Shown here: positions 1 through 9,278 of the stretch, piece after piece
Layout of the letters: every line of letters begins with the position of its first letter
Numbering within the stretch: position 1 is the first letter of the stretch
Origin: a virus
Reading direction: 5' to 3' (one strand)
Virus record (IMG/VR): IMGVR_UViG_3300044673_000327
Span: 21,289-85,288 of that record
DNA: 64,000 nt
Position numbers and translations under genes: made by a program
The notes under the pieces: generated by a model
Seen by the model: only the letters and a program-made list of their open reading frames with translations
Database searches by the model: none
Told to the model about the DNA's origin: nothing

Positions 1-35
1 TTGTTTTGGAATCATGAACTGGATAGAGTTTTGAC

Positions 36-548
36 ATGGAGACTATCGAACTAACACCGAAAAGATTTAACGAGGTGGTCGGTGAATACGATCTCGAACC
101 CGAGACCGTTAAAGTCGAAATCACTCTCGGGGTAGCCGATCACGTCAGAAACGAGATACCCGATCGGGAAGACTCCGCCCCGATCCCCTGCATCGTTTAC
201 GAGATCACGGATAAAAACACCCTGCTCGGTACTGGCTCTCATCCCGGTTATATTTACGCCCTGACGTGGGACGAGGTACAGGAGTTGTGGGGTGAAAATT
301 ATAATGGTGACTGGATTTACCTCAACGTCTTCGGGGCTAACAGGGGAACCCATCTCGATATGGAACACGATAACGATCCTATCTGTGAAGACTGTATCGC
401 GGCAGGTTCCGCCGAATCTTTCGAGTACGATAAAAACCCCGAAAGCGATAAAGCCTGTTGGTCTTGCTGTCAGATGATCGATGAAGGACTCGAACAGAAA
501 GACGAAGAACGGCAATACCGAAACCTCAAGGCGGGAGAGTATCGTTAA
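36..548 (+). CDS. hypothetical protein with C-terminal CxxC..CxxC putative Zn finger
   Basis: 170-aa ORF; CEDC and CWSCC motifs. Confidence 0.7.
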   Translation: METIELTPKRFNEVVGEYDLEPETVKVEITLGVADHVRNEIPDREDSAPIPCIVYEITDKNTLLGTGSHPGYIYALTWDEVQELWGENYNGDWIYLNVFGANRGTHLDMEHDNDPICEDCIAAGSAESFEYDKNPESDKACWSCCQMIDEGLEQKDEERQYRNLKAGEYR

Positions 549-555
549 TTGATAG

Positions 556-582
556 GATAGCTACGCTCAAGAGATAATGAAT
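556..582 (+). promoter_or_regulatory. class 2 motif WAGCTACGCT-N10-TGART
   Basis: GATAGCTACGCT-caagagataa-TGAAT upstream of ORF 604; 6 copies in window. Confidence 0.75.
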
Positions 583-603
583 AATTAGCGTTCAAGGAGA
601 ACT

Positions 604-810
604 ATGTTAACCAAAACCGTAACCTATTACCTAGAGCTTGATGGAGTCACCTACGGGCTAAAAATAGGCCCGAGCGGTGAACCTTTTACGGGATGGAAAT
701 ACGATGATGAAACCGTAGAAACATCTCTTGAAGAAAGTTGGAAACCGGTAAGAGATCCAGCTTTACAAATCAAGCTCTATGAAGCTCTCGTGAAAGAGTT
801 GATAAAATAA
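604..810 (+). CDS. hypothetical protein
   Basis: 68-aa ORF with AGGAG SD. Confidence 0.75.
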   Translation: MLTKTVTYYLELDGVTYGLKIGPSGEPFTGWKYDDETVETSLEESWKPVRDPALQIKLYEALVKELIK

Positions 811-878
811 TCGCTCTAGAATCACGCGCTGAATTAAACACCCGATCCTAATCGATCGGGTTTTATTACAGGAGTTAT

Positions 879-1274
879 ATGATCTTCGACAAAGACAAAA
901 TATCCGAACAACTGGAAGCGAACAAAGATCTACTCCTCGAAAAGTTTCCAGCTTTCTCTCATTACGTGGAAAAGAAAAGCCATCAGTACCTATTCTGTCC
1001 CTACAGTATCGAATCGTTCAACGCCGAGATTCAATTGTTATGGGAGGTTGGAAACAAGCCGAAGGGAATGGCTATCTATAACTACTCTCTCAAGTACGAT
1101 AGAGAGCGGGGGGGATATTGGGAGCTTCTTAAAGAAGCCCTGCTCTCTCAGTTGGAGATGGAATCGAAGGCCGAGATTAATCCCGATGTTGTCTATCCCG
1201 ATACGGGAATTCCCCTACGCAAAGGGTTCGCCGATGACCTCACGGGAATGTTGAAAGGGATTATCGATCTCTAA
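879..1274 (+). CDS. hypothetical protein
   Basis: 131-aa ORF with AGGAG SD. Confidence 0.75.
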   Translation: MIFDKDKISEQLEANKDLLLEKFPAFSHYVEKKSHQYLFCPYSIESFNAEIQLLWEVGNKPKGMAIYNYSLKYDRERGGYWELLKEALLSQLEMESKAEINPDVVYPDTGIPLRKGFADDLTGMLKGIIDL

Positions 1275-1333
1275 ATACACGGACACTTTATCTCCCCGAT
1301 CCCTTCTCTCCGTCGGGGATGTCCACTAGAATA

Positions 1334-1436
1334 GATCTAGCGCGAATAAAACCCTATCAGGGATTGAAACGAATAAGTCTGCGCTTAATGCCGTAAGCTA
1401 TTTGTTTACCGCGCTCTCTAAATCCCTATTAGGGAT
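1334..1436 (+). CRISPR. CRISPR mini-array / solitary repeat unit (type I-D-like repeat, one ~35-nt spacer, truncated second repeat)
   Basis: ...AAACCCTATCAGGGATTGAAAC ends at 1370; ...AAATCCCTATTAGGGAT recurs 72 nt later; matches the 3' half of cyanobacterial I-D repeats (CCCTATTAGGGATTGAAAC); no cas genes in window. Confidence 0.7.
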
Positions 1437-1469
1437 ACCCCGAATACGAGTAGGGGAAAGTTTTAAATC

Positions 1470-1859
1470 ATGGTCTTTAATATCGATAATGAACGTCCCG
1501 ACATTCAGCGCGCCTATCACGCCAGCGAGGACGAAAAACGTGAAGCCTATTACGAATCTCTCCGAATCGACATCCCGATCGCCCGTTGTGCCAAAAGCGA
1601 AGAGGGCGCAGTAAGGTTATCCGATGCTGTTCGAGAATTAGTAGAAAACGGAGGTGGCAGAAGATTATTCTTCAAAGAGAATCTTTATCTCGATGTCGAC
1701 TGGGATGAATTACCAGAACTGATCACGACACGATTGATAACCCCCGAGGGATGGGATTATCCGCTTACCGATTCGGATAATCTAAATATCGACTGGCACG
1801 AGCCGGGTAGTCACCAGATCGAGATTTCGGTAGAGCTATTCGATCCTACCGATGATTAA
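1470..1859 (+). CDS. hypothetical protein
   Basis: 129-aa acidic ORF. Confidence 0.7.
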   Translation: MVFNIDNERPDIQRAYHASEDEKREAYYESLRIDIPIARCAKSEEGAVRLSDAVRELVENGGGRRLFFKENLYLDVDWDELPELITTRLITPEGWDYPLTDSDNLNIDWHEPGSHQIEISVELFDPTDD

Positions 1860-2692
1860 CCCCCGACGATCTCTCTGCTCGGTTTCCCGAAATAATAGCC
1901 CTGCCCCATCTCGATACCGAACGATCGGACTAATTCCAGATCCCGATCGCTCTCGATTCCCTCTGTCAGAATCGTCTTCACCCCGCTCTCTCTCAATCGC
2001 TTTACTTCCCGTTTCAATCTCTCGGGGTTAATCAGTAAGGTTCTATCGAGTTTAACGACATCGATTCCGACCCGTCTTAAATCCAATCCTTTCCGAGTTC
2101 GATCGCTCTCGGGACTCCCCCAATCATCGAGGGCGATTCTCACCCCCCGAGAACGGAACGAGTTGATAACGGCGATCTCGGATTCTCCTAGTCGATCGCC
2201 CTCGTGAATCTCGAAACAGATCGCAGTTCGGGGGAAGTTAAAACAGAACGCCGCGACCAGTTCGTGAACCGTGGGACAGGCTAATCCTATCGTGGTGACG
2301 TTGAACCAGAGAGAGGGAATCTCTTTCTTTTCTCTCTTTTCTTCCCCTACTCCAACGCCTGCGAGATCTCTCGTCACCCTCTCGAATAGGGTTCTCTTCG
2401 CCCGAATCCCTAACCCCGTATCCCAAACCTTTTTGTAGAAACCCTCGGGATCGATAACGGGATCGTCTAGCGATACCCCCGAATCCCCTTTCCGATAGCC
2501 CCGTTCGGGAAAACGACTCAATACCTCGTACCCTACTGTCTCGGTCTTTCCGTCACGATTAAGCCAAACGATCGGTTGATAAACGGGGACGAGCCGATCG
2601 AGCGCGTACCGGAGTCCGTCCATCTTGCCCGCAAGCGGGTGGGGCGAGATCTTAAATAAGTGTTTAGAAGCTATCGATCGAGAGGTAGGCAT
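1856..2692 (-). CDS. stand-alone EAL-domain c-di-GMP phosphodiesterase
   Basis: YQPIV, YEVLSR (EAL), FNV, FEIHE, IALDDWG, VKLDR, TEGIE, QGYYFGKP; ATG at 2692 preferred over GTG at 2803. Confidence 0.9.
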   Translation of the reverse strand: MPTSRSIASKHLFKISPHPLAGKMDGLRYALDRLVPVYQPIVWLNRDGKTETVGYEVLSRFPERGYRKGDSGVSLDDPVIDPEGFYKKVWDTGLGIRAKRTLFERVTRDLAGVGVGEEKREKKEIPSLWFNVTTIGLACPTVHELVAAFCFNFPRTAICFEIHEGDRLGESEIAVINSFRSRGVRIALDDWGSPESDRTRKGLDLRRVGIDVVKLDRTLLINPERLKREVKRLRESGVKTILTEGIESDRDLELVRSFGIEMGQGYYFGKPSREIVGG

Positions 2693-2838
2693 GGCAAACT
2701 GAGGAAAGCCCCGGCACAACGGGGAATATCTTTCCTCGGTTCGCGTAACGAACGGGAATAAAAGAGGGCGATGTGAAGATCCCCTCTTAGTATTTTGTAA
2801 CACGAGCCTGAAAGATCCGTCGAAAGATAGACGAATCC

Positions 2839-3150
2839 CTATTCCTGAAAATCATCGAAACCCGCGAATCCTTCGGTCGTCGGTAAGAGTTTACGGGAGG
2901 GCGAGCGTAACGGGAAATCGGTCGGGGAGGTTCCCATCTCGCTCTCCTTCATCATAACCGCGCGGACGTGCTTGCAGATATTAAATCCCCTGACCGTGAT
3001 GCCGTCCCTACCCTCGACGGCTCTACTCGGTATTTCCTGACCCCCCGACCAATTCGAGGGCAACGACGACGAGAACCCCCGCGTGAAGATCTTGCCCGGT
3101 CGTTGACGGGTCGCGTCGGGACAGTTGCAGGTATAGACGATCTTGGGCAT
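2839..3150 (-). CDS. SWIM-type zinc finger protein
   Basis: CNCPD ... CKH motif. Confidence 0.7.
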   Translation of the reverse strand: MPKIVYTCNCPDATRQRPGKIFTRGFSSSLPSNWSGGQEIPSRAVEGRDGITVRGFNICKHVRAVMMKESEMGTSPTDFPLRSPSRKLLPTTEGFAGFDDFQE

Positions 3151-3260
3151 AGAGGGGAAAAAAGAAAGAACGAGATCTACTTTTCCGAGAATCCCGCGAA
3201 TAGGGACGAGGTTAGGAAACCTATAGGTGTCCGGAATTCAACTCCATTCAGTTCATCTAT

Positions 3261-3404
3261 ATGAAAAACATCAAAGGCATTGTTCTAACCGCCCTCGTTC
3301 TCGTTTCCGTCGCTGGTTCCGCTATCGCTCAAACCAACCCCGTCAAAGAATCGGTTAACCCCGAGATCTGCCGACTAACTACTCAGGGTTGGCGTTGCTG
3401 GTAA
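3261..3404 (+). CDS. small secreted peptide (47 aa; signal peptide, C-terminal Cys pair)
   Basis: MKNIKGIVLTALVLVSVAGSAIA|QTNPVKESVNPEICRLTTQGWRCW; below ORF-track cutoff; followed by hairpin/T-tract at ~3424-3451. Confidence 0.7.
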   Translation: MKNIKGIVLTALVLVSVAGSAIAQTNPVKESVNPEICRLTTQGWRCW

Positions 3405-3453
3405 TTGGGTTCGGTTGATGTCGATCGCTCTCTGAAAAGGGGGCGATTTTTGA

Positions 3454-4044
3454 TTATTGAAAAGCTCCTTCTAAAGCAATATTATCAATAAATATTTCTA
3501 CCAATCCGATAGGTGAATATGTAAATACGGAGAACCCTAATGTTTGAACAGGTATATTTTGTATCGAGAACCAAGAACCTAATAACGATCGCCATCCGAT
3601 TGTGGGTGAAGAGGTTACGGGTAATTCGGCAATTATCAGGTTATTTAAATAAAACCTAATAAACACTACTAGAGGATAAGAATTCCCAAGAGCGGCAGAA
3701 CAAGAAACCCTTATCCATCTACAGTTATTAGGGATAGAGACAGATTGAGTTAACATCATCGGATTGGTTTGTGGGCTACCAACCTGAGATCCGAACGCTT
3801 GCGCTCCGTTGGGATAGGGCGTGGGTATACCAAAATCGTTATTCCCGTTAAGGATAACTGTATTGTTGTAAATTCGATTCCATCCTGTAACAGCATTAAC
3901 GTATTGAAAGCTATTAGTCGATATGACATCACTCTCAAAACTCCCATTTGCGATCGGGATATTTGCGTTGATAAAATTGCCGACAATTGTATTAACCGAA
4001 CCAGTTCTCCTACTCCTTAACTCCATTCCTCTCATCGCTAACAT
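3454..4044 (-). CDS. tail fibre/receptor-binding protein, carbohydrate-binding-module-like
   Basis: ANGSFE ... IFIDNIAL jelly-roll signature; AT-rich; within tail cluster. Confidence 0.6.
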   Translation of the reverse strand: MLAMRGMELRSRRTGSVNTIVGNFINANIPIANGSFESDVISTNSFQYVNAVTGWNRIYNNTVILNGNNDFGIPTPYPNGAQAFGSQVGSPQTNPMMLTQSVSIPNNCRWIRVSCSAALGNSYPLVVFIRFYLNNLIIAELPVTSSPTIGWRSLLGSWFSIQNIPVQTLGFSVFTYSPIGLVEIFIDNIALEGAFQ

Positions 4045-4460
4045 TAGTAATCCTCCCCGATAACGATGACATTAATCTGAGTTCCAGAAGTAGCGGCACT
4101 CACTAAATTAGCCCGTAACTGAAATCCTCTTCTCAACTGCAAGATCCGATTACCCTGAGCGTCAAACGGTAATCCCGGTATTCCAGAAAGAACATCTACG
4201 GGTAGCACGGAAGTGGAGTTTCCACTACTCGCGGGGATAGTCATTCTTCTCAGGACAAAGTTGCTCGTTCCATCCGAGATATAGAATTGAATATCCTCTG
4301 GTGCTGTATCGGTTGAAGTGACGATAATCGCTTTAATATTCGAGTCATCGACCCCCGCGGTGTAACAGGTTTTGATGTTAGTTCCGTCACTGTTAGCGAA
4401 GGTTTGCGGGACTTGTGGGTTGATGTTTTGAGCGGCTGGTGAGACGTATATTTTAGGCAT
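4044..4460 (-). CDS. small tail/structural protein
   Basis: beta-rich 138 aa; resembles 11595..12050. Confidence 0.6.
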   Translation of the reverse strand: MPKIYVSPAAQNINPQVPQTFANSDGTNIKTCYTAGVDDSNIKAIIVTSTDTAPEDIQFYISDGTSNFVLRRMTIPASSGNSTSVLPVDVLSGIPGLPFDAQGNRILQLRRGFQLRANLVSAATSGTQINVIVIGEDY

Positions 4461-4472
4461 GGTTTTAATTAG

Positions 4473-5138
4473 CTAAATGGGTGTAAAGTTATTCGTGTAC
4501 TTAGCGTATCCTCTATAAACCCGAAGATCATCCATCTGTCCTCGCCATCTCCAGTTGGGTGTATTAGCGTCGGGGGTTCCTCCTATCTGTACTGTCGTCG
4601 TATTGTTATTGTAAGGTGTATTATTTGCTAGACTACCCGCAAAACTACCGTTTCTATAAATATTAATAACCCCGCTGTATTTAACGATAGCTATATGTGA
4701 CCATTCATTTAAAGGTATCGAGGAGTTAACAATGGTAAAGTAATTACCGTTAATTACCCATACAAGTTGTGATGCGTTCATTAAAAACATCCAACTATAT
4801 CCGGAGATAAATTGGTGTTTCGATATAACTACATTCCAATCCTGACTCCACGCTGCAGGTCTCAACCAAACCTCAATTGTAAAGTCCCGATCGGTAAAAC
4901 TAAAATCGTCACCGGCTAGGGAATTTATATTAATAAAGTTATTACCATCGGTAAATTGTCCGCTACTCGTTCCGTTTCTAAAATTGGTAGTATTTCTTGT
5001 AACACCATTGTTACTAGAAGCACTGGTTTTTGGAAATGGGGATGTATCGAGAGCGGGGTTAGCTGTCTCAAATAATAACTCGTAACTCGCTGGTGGATGA
5101 ACTATTGTACTGTACAACTCCCTTAATCCGATCGTCAT
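4473..5138 (-). CDS. LamG/ConA-like domain tail fibre protein
   Basis: DFTIEVW, NEWSHIAIV, GQMDDLRVYRG-AKY. Confidence 0.85.
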   Translation of the reverse strand: MTIGLRELYSTIVHPPASYELLFETANPALDTSPFPKTSASSNNGVTRNTTNFRNGTSSGQFTDGNNFININSLAGDDFSFTDRDFTIEVWLRPAAWSQDWNVVISKHQFISGYSWMFLMNASQLVWVINGNYFTIVNSSIPLNEWSHIAIVKYSGVINIYRNGSFAGSLANNTPYNNNTTTVQIGGTPDANTPNWRWRGQMDDLRVYRGYAKYTNNFTPI

Positions 5139-5139
5139 C

Positions 5140-6123
5140 TTAAATCCCTCCCGCTAATAACATGGCTTGAATATCGGCTAGTAAATTAATCTGTTGCGTT
5201 TCGCCTATCCCGCTAACAATACTCCACCTATTCGTATGGAAAACCAACTCAACTCCCTGTCCCCCTCGATCTAATACCAGATTCGTATTCCCGACGATAT
5301 TGTGTCCCGTATTAGCGGTAATCGTGAGAGGATTAACCCCAAATCCCGTGAGTAGAGAGGAGTTGTTAAAATCGGCTACCTCGATGACATCCCCGTTATT
5401 TGGAGAGGCGGGAAGAGTGAGAGTGAATGAACCGCTAGAGGTGTTACAGAGATAGCGGGTATTAGATACAGCCGTGGTGTTTGTGGTGATGACGGATGTG
5501 GTGAGGGAAGATCCACCCCCGGCACTTACATTCACCGTAACAGCACCACCGCTATTCGTGGCGGTTACTCCAGCACCCGTGAAGTTGAAAGATGTGGCGT
5601 TAGATGTGAGCGTTGTACCCTCGTCCTGTACGGTGATAGCGGAACCTCCACTAGATACCGTACTCCACGTACCATCTCCTCTTAGATAAGTTGTATTATT
5701 CGCTGTTCCTGTAGCGGAGAGTTTCGGAATCGTTACCGCTCCATCGGCTATTTTACTCGTGCCGATCGCCCCGTCCTGTATTTTGTCCGAAGTTACGGCG
5801 TTACTGGCTATTTTGGTTGCCGTCACCGACGCGTTGGGAATTGCCGTCAGATAATTCGCGTCGTTGGTAAAAGCCGATACGTTACTCGGGAAGTTCTCCC
5901 ACGTCGCCTGTCCGTTAGTGCTGGAGGACTTGCGGAGGTATTGCCCCGTCGTTCCCCCCGATGGCAACCCGAAGATCCCGTTGAGTATCCAATCCCTGAT
6001 CCGAGTCAGGGTGAGTTTATAGGTAGCGGTATTCTCTACCTCCGATTCCACGAGTTCGTTCCCCGAGATGGAACCGGGTAGGGCATCGTAATCGGCTATT
6101 GTTTTATAAACGGGATCGGTCAT
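5140..6123 (-). CDS. tail fibre protein
   Basis: GGTTGQYLRK, repeated VTxxKI units, YLRGDGTW, TLTLPASPNNGD. Confidence 0.85.
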   Translation of the reverse strand: MTDPVYKTIADYDALPGSISGNELVESEVENTATYKLTLTRIRDWILNGIFGLPSGGTTGQYLRKSSSTNGQATWENFPSNVSAFTNDANYLTAIPNASVTATKIASNAVTSDKIQDGAIGTSKIADGAVTIPKLSATGTANNTTYLRGDGTWSTVSSGGSAITVQDEGTTLTSNATSFNFTGAGVTATNSGGAVTVNVSAGGGSSLTTSVITTNTTAVSNTRYLCNTSSGSFTLTLPASPNNGDVIEVADFNNSSLLTGFGVNPLTITANTGHNIVGNTNLVLDRGGQGVELVFHTNRWSIVSGIGETQQINLLADIQAMLLAGGI

Positions 6124-6179
6124 GGCTTACTCGTATGATGGAGAGACTATTCGCGAATGAAGGAAGGAAAGAGTTTTAT

Positions 6180-6482
6180 TTAATTTTCTTTTTCAAAGTA
6201 TTTACACTCCCACTTTGAGTTTCTTGTTATGTCAATCATGAAAGTGTTATACATAAAGCTTTCCGCTTTACGATTAGCTTCATGAATTTCAACTCCAGCA
6301 TTGTGTAACAACATTGAAATGTTGCAATACCACGTCCAAGCCCACTCGGGGTCTGCCTTTAATCTCTCTCTAAAAAGACGAAAAGCACTAATGCCGCTAA
6401 CTCCGAATCCAAAGATCGTACAAGCCCACCCGAGAACAAAACCTAACCAGATGTAACTTAATATGTTGATTAAATTATTCAT
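6180..6482 (-). CDS. hypothetical membrane protein (AT-rich moron)
   Basis: N-terminal hydrophobic helix; lower GC than neighbours. Confidence 0.6.
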   Translation of the reverse strand: MNNLINILSYIWLGFVLGWACTIFGFGVSGISAFRLFRERLKADPEWAWTWYCNISMLLHNAGVEIHEANRKAESFMYNTFMIDITRNSKWECKYFEKEN

Positions 6483-6511
6483 AGCTCTTTCCTTCCTATC
6501 TTTCCTTCTTT

Positions 6512-9214
6512 TTAATTGCCGATCCAGAAGTAAGAACCGGTGATCGTCTTACCCATGTCGGACGAGTTAAATGTCATCGTCCCGTTTCCGTTGAGGGTGA
6601 TCTCGTTCGGGGCTGGAGCTATACCGTCCGTTCTGAGTCTCGTTATCGGGGAACCCGCTATCAAGAACTCGTGTAGGTCGGGGCTATCGATCTCGACGCG
6701 GATAAAATCTATATCGAGACTAGCGGGAAGAGTGAGGGTATAAGGGGATGAAGACGGTATCGTTCCCGTGTAGAAAGCCTTGTTGAGGTTCTTGGTGTAA
6801 TACTGCCAAGAGATAACGATATTCTCGAAATTGGATTTGAGTAGTCCGTAGTTAAAAGGTTGGGTGAGATATTCTCCCGTCACGTAACTGTTATTGGGGA
6901 AATCCTCCCGATTCGAGAACGCTACGGTTATCCCCTCGATAAGAGGTTCTAGAACCGCGTGAGTGGTCTTCGCCCCCGATCCCCCCGCGACCCAATTAGA
7001 GCCGTTCCAACCGTAACCCGTCCACGCTTTGGTTAGAGCCACGCCATCGACGACCTGAAAGAAACTCGATACCCGTTCCGATGTATCGGTGAGTAGAAAG
7101 ATGCCCGTATCCCAATGGAGTAGGGTGGTCGATCGGTTGATCCGGGTCTGATCCGAGGGCGAGTGCAGGAGTGTCCCGTTTCTAGTGAAGATTCCCCGAG
7201 AGGTGACGACCCCGTTTTTCCAGAAACCCACCGCGAGAGTGTTAGAGGGGGGAGTTAGTTGAGGACTATCCCCGACCCCGAAGGTATAGGACGGGATAGT
7301 AACGGTAGTAGAGCCGTGGGTCAGGTATTGCAACCTTCGATCGCCCCCTCCGATCGCCACCCAGAAGTCGGCATCCTCGGGACAGTTAGCGAGAGACGCG
7401 GGGTTGGTCAGGTGAACGCTAACGAGATCCGATAGCGTTACCGTCGGGTTATCGGTCGATCGCCACGCGACCCGTCGGGTGTTCTCGTTACCCGTTACCC
7501 CATCGGAGTAGACGATCGCGAGCCTATCGCCCGCGCTATAACGATCGCCCTTGAAAAAACGAACCCGAAACCAGTTGCCCCCCGCGGTCACGGGGGAGAA
7601 CGAAAAGGGTAAAGCGTCGTTAAAATTCGAGGCACTAGAGGTCAACCGTCCATCGAGGATAGCGTAGACCGTACTTCCCGTTCCCGCCACGTCGAGTCCG
7701 AAACAGGGAAGATCGATCGGGTTCGTGACCTGATTGACCACCGCTCCGGGGTTGGAGTCATCGAAGGTGATGCGCCAGATCCCCGTCTGCCGACAACCGA
7801 CCCATATCCGGTTATTGACTCTATCGATGCAGACCTGCCCGATCGCCGTAGCCCCGAGCGCGGGGGTAGAAGAATTATTCCAAGTTCGATAGGTTCCATC
7901 CCATAGGTTCAGGAGCGTTACCCCCGTGGAATCGTACTGTACGACCCGAACCTCGTCCCACTTATGGAGATCCGCGTCGGTACTTCTCCAACCGTGAATA
8001 TCGGGACGGCTCCGATTCAGGTGCTGTCTCCACGGGATAGCGATCGGGCGGGAGTTGTAGGAGTTACCGAAAAACCCCGTGTGTCTCTTGGCGTGAACCC
8101 GATAGGTCGCCGTTCCCACCGCGCCCCCCGTCACGATCTCGATTCTCAAGATAACGGGCAGTAACCGATTCCACGTCCCGCCCCACGAGAGTTGACCCCG
8201 CTCCGATCGATTGGGGCTGGTATCCTCGAAGAAGGGACTCGTTCCGCTCGCGGTATGCCAACAACTAACCTGTCTCGGTTCGGGGGGACGGTTGTTATCG
8301 GTCGCCGTGTACCTCGTCCCCTTTCCATTACCCGTACTATCGACCCCGTGATAATAAACCCGCAACCTATCCTCGAAACTCAACCCGAAATAGAGCGAGT
8401 TGATAATCATCCCGAGACTATAAATATTGCGGTACTGGTAATTAACCGTCTTTTTATTCTTAAAGTGATCCGATACCACCACCTCGGTTCTACTGGCGCT
8501 CGCCACGTTACCCGGAAAAGGATCGGTCTCGGACGCAAAAGAAACTCCGTTCGATAGCCGTTCCGATGGCATGACCAGATCGTGATCGATGCTTGTTCCT
8601 CTTACTCCCGATACCCCGAGGTGTTTGAAAGAGTCGAAAGTCCCCGAGCCGTATCGGTAGAAGATCTGTTTCGCCATCTCCCGCAATACCCAAGGCTTAA
8701 CCCCGAATCCCGAGAGAGGAAACTTGATCTGGTAGAAGACCCGAAGGATCTCGGTCGCCTTTTGGGTGAGCGGTACATCGAGACGGGTATAGGCGAGGGC
8801 GGTAACGGTGCTATCGGTCGAGATAATACTCCCCGAGTTGGTAAGCAGTACCGTTCGGAAGGTTCTATCGCTCCCCGCGAACTCGATCGTCGAGGCTATT
8901 TCTCCGAAGATCGGATCTTCGGTATCGATGAACGTCGGGGCGCTATTATTCGGCACTCCCGAGGGACGGAACCCGATGGCGATCGTGTTAGGTATATCCG
9001 AAACACCGAACGCGGGAAGAGATGAATAGGTCGAGATACCGACGTTGGTATCGGTCGTGAAAAGAAAAGGTAGATCGTTGAGAAGTTGCAGTAACGCGGC
9101 GTTGGTGATGAGATTCGATTTCGTTATCTCTCTCGTTCTACCCGTCTCTCTATCGATAAAGATTAAACGGATCTCTCCCTCTAATCGGGGGAACGGGATT
9201 TGAATATCCTTCAT
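6512..9214 (-). CDS. large virion structural/tail protein (probable beta-propeller region)
   Basis: 900 aa; NLITN N-terminal tail motif; beta-rich WVG/GIW repeats. Confidence 0.65.
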   Translation of the reverse strand: MKDIQIPFPRLEGEIRLIFIDRETGRTREITKSNLITNAALLQLLNDLPFLFTTDTNVGISTYSSLPAFGVSDIPNTIAIGFRPSGVPNNSAPTFIDTEDPIFGEIASTIEFAGSDRTFRTVLLTNSGSIISTDSTVTALAYTRLDVPLTQKATEILRVFYQIKFPLSGFGVKPWVLREMAKQIFYRYGSGTFDSFKHLGVSGVRGTSIDHDLVMPSERLSNGVSFASETDPFPGNVASASRTEVVVSDHFKNKKTVNYQYRNIYSLGMIINSLYFGLSFEDRLRVYYHGVDSTGNGKGTRYTATDNNRPPEPRQVSCWHTASGTSPFFEDTSPNRSERGQLSWGGTWNRLLPVILRIEIVTGGAVGTATYRVHAKRHTGFFGNSYNSRPIAIPWRQHLNRSRPDIHGWRSTDADLHKWDEVRVVQYDSTGVTLLNLWDGTYRTWNNSSTPALGATAIGQVCIDRVNNRIWVGCRQTGIWRITFDDSNPGAVVNQVTNPIDLPCFGLDVAGTGSTVYAILDGRLTSSASNFNDALPFSFSPVTAGGNWFRVRFFKGDRYSAGDRLAIVYSDGVTGNENTRRVAWRSTDNPTVTLSDLVSVHLTNPASLANCPEDADFWVAIGGGDRRLQYLTHGSTTVTIPSYTFGVGDSPQLTPPSNTLAVGFWKNGVVTSRGIFTRNGTLLHSPSDQTRINRSTTLLHWDTGIFLLTDTSERVSSFFQVVDGVALTKAWTGYGWNGSNWVAGGSGAKTTHAVLEPLIEGITVAFSNREDFPNNSYVTGEYLTQPFNYGLLKSNFENIVISWQYYTKNLNKAFYTGTIPSSSPYTLTLPASLDIDFIRVEIDSPDLHEFLIAGSPITRLRTDGIAPAPNEITLNGNGTMTFNSSDMGKTITGSYFWIGN

Positions 9215-9278
9215 AGATCCGAAAGTGATAAGGAAAGGACATTGACTATTGACTATCTACTATTTTATCACTTCCGAT

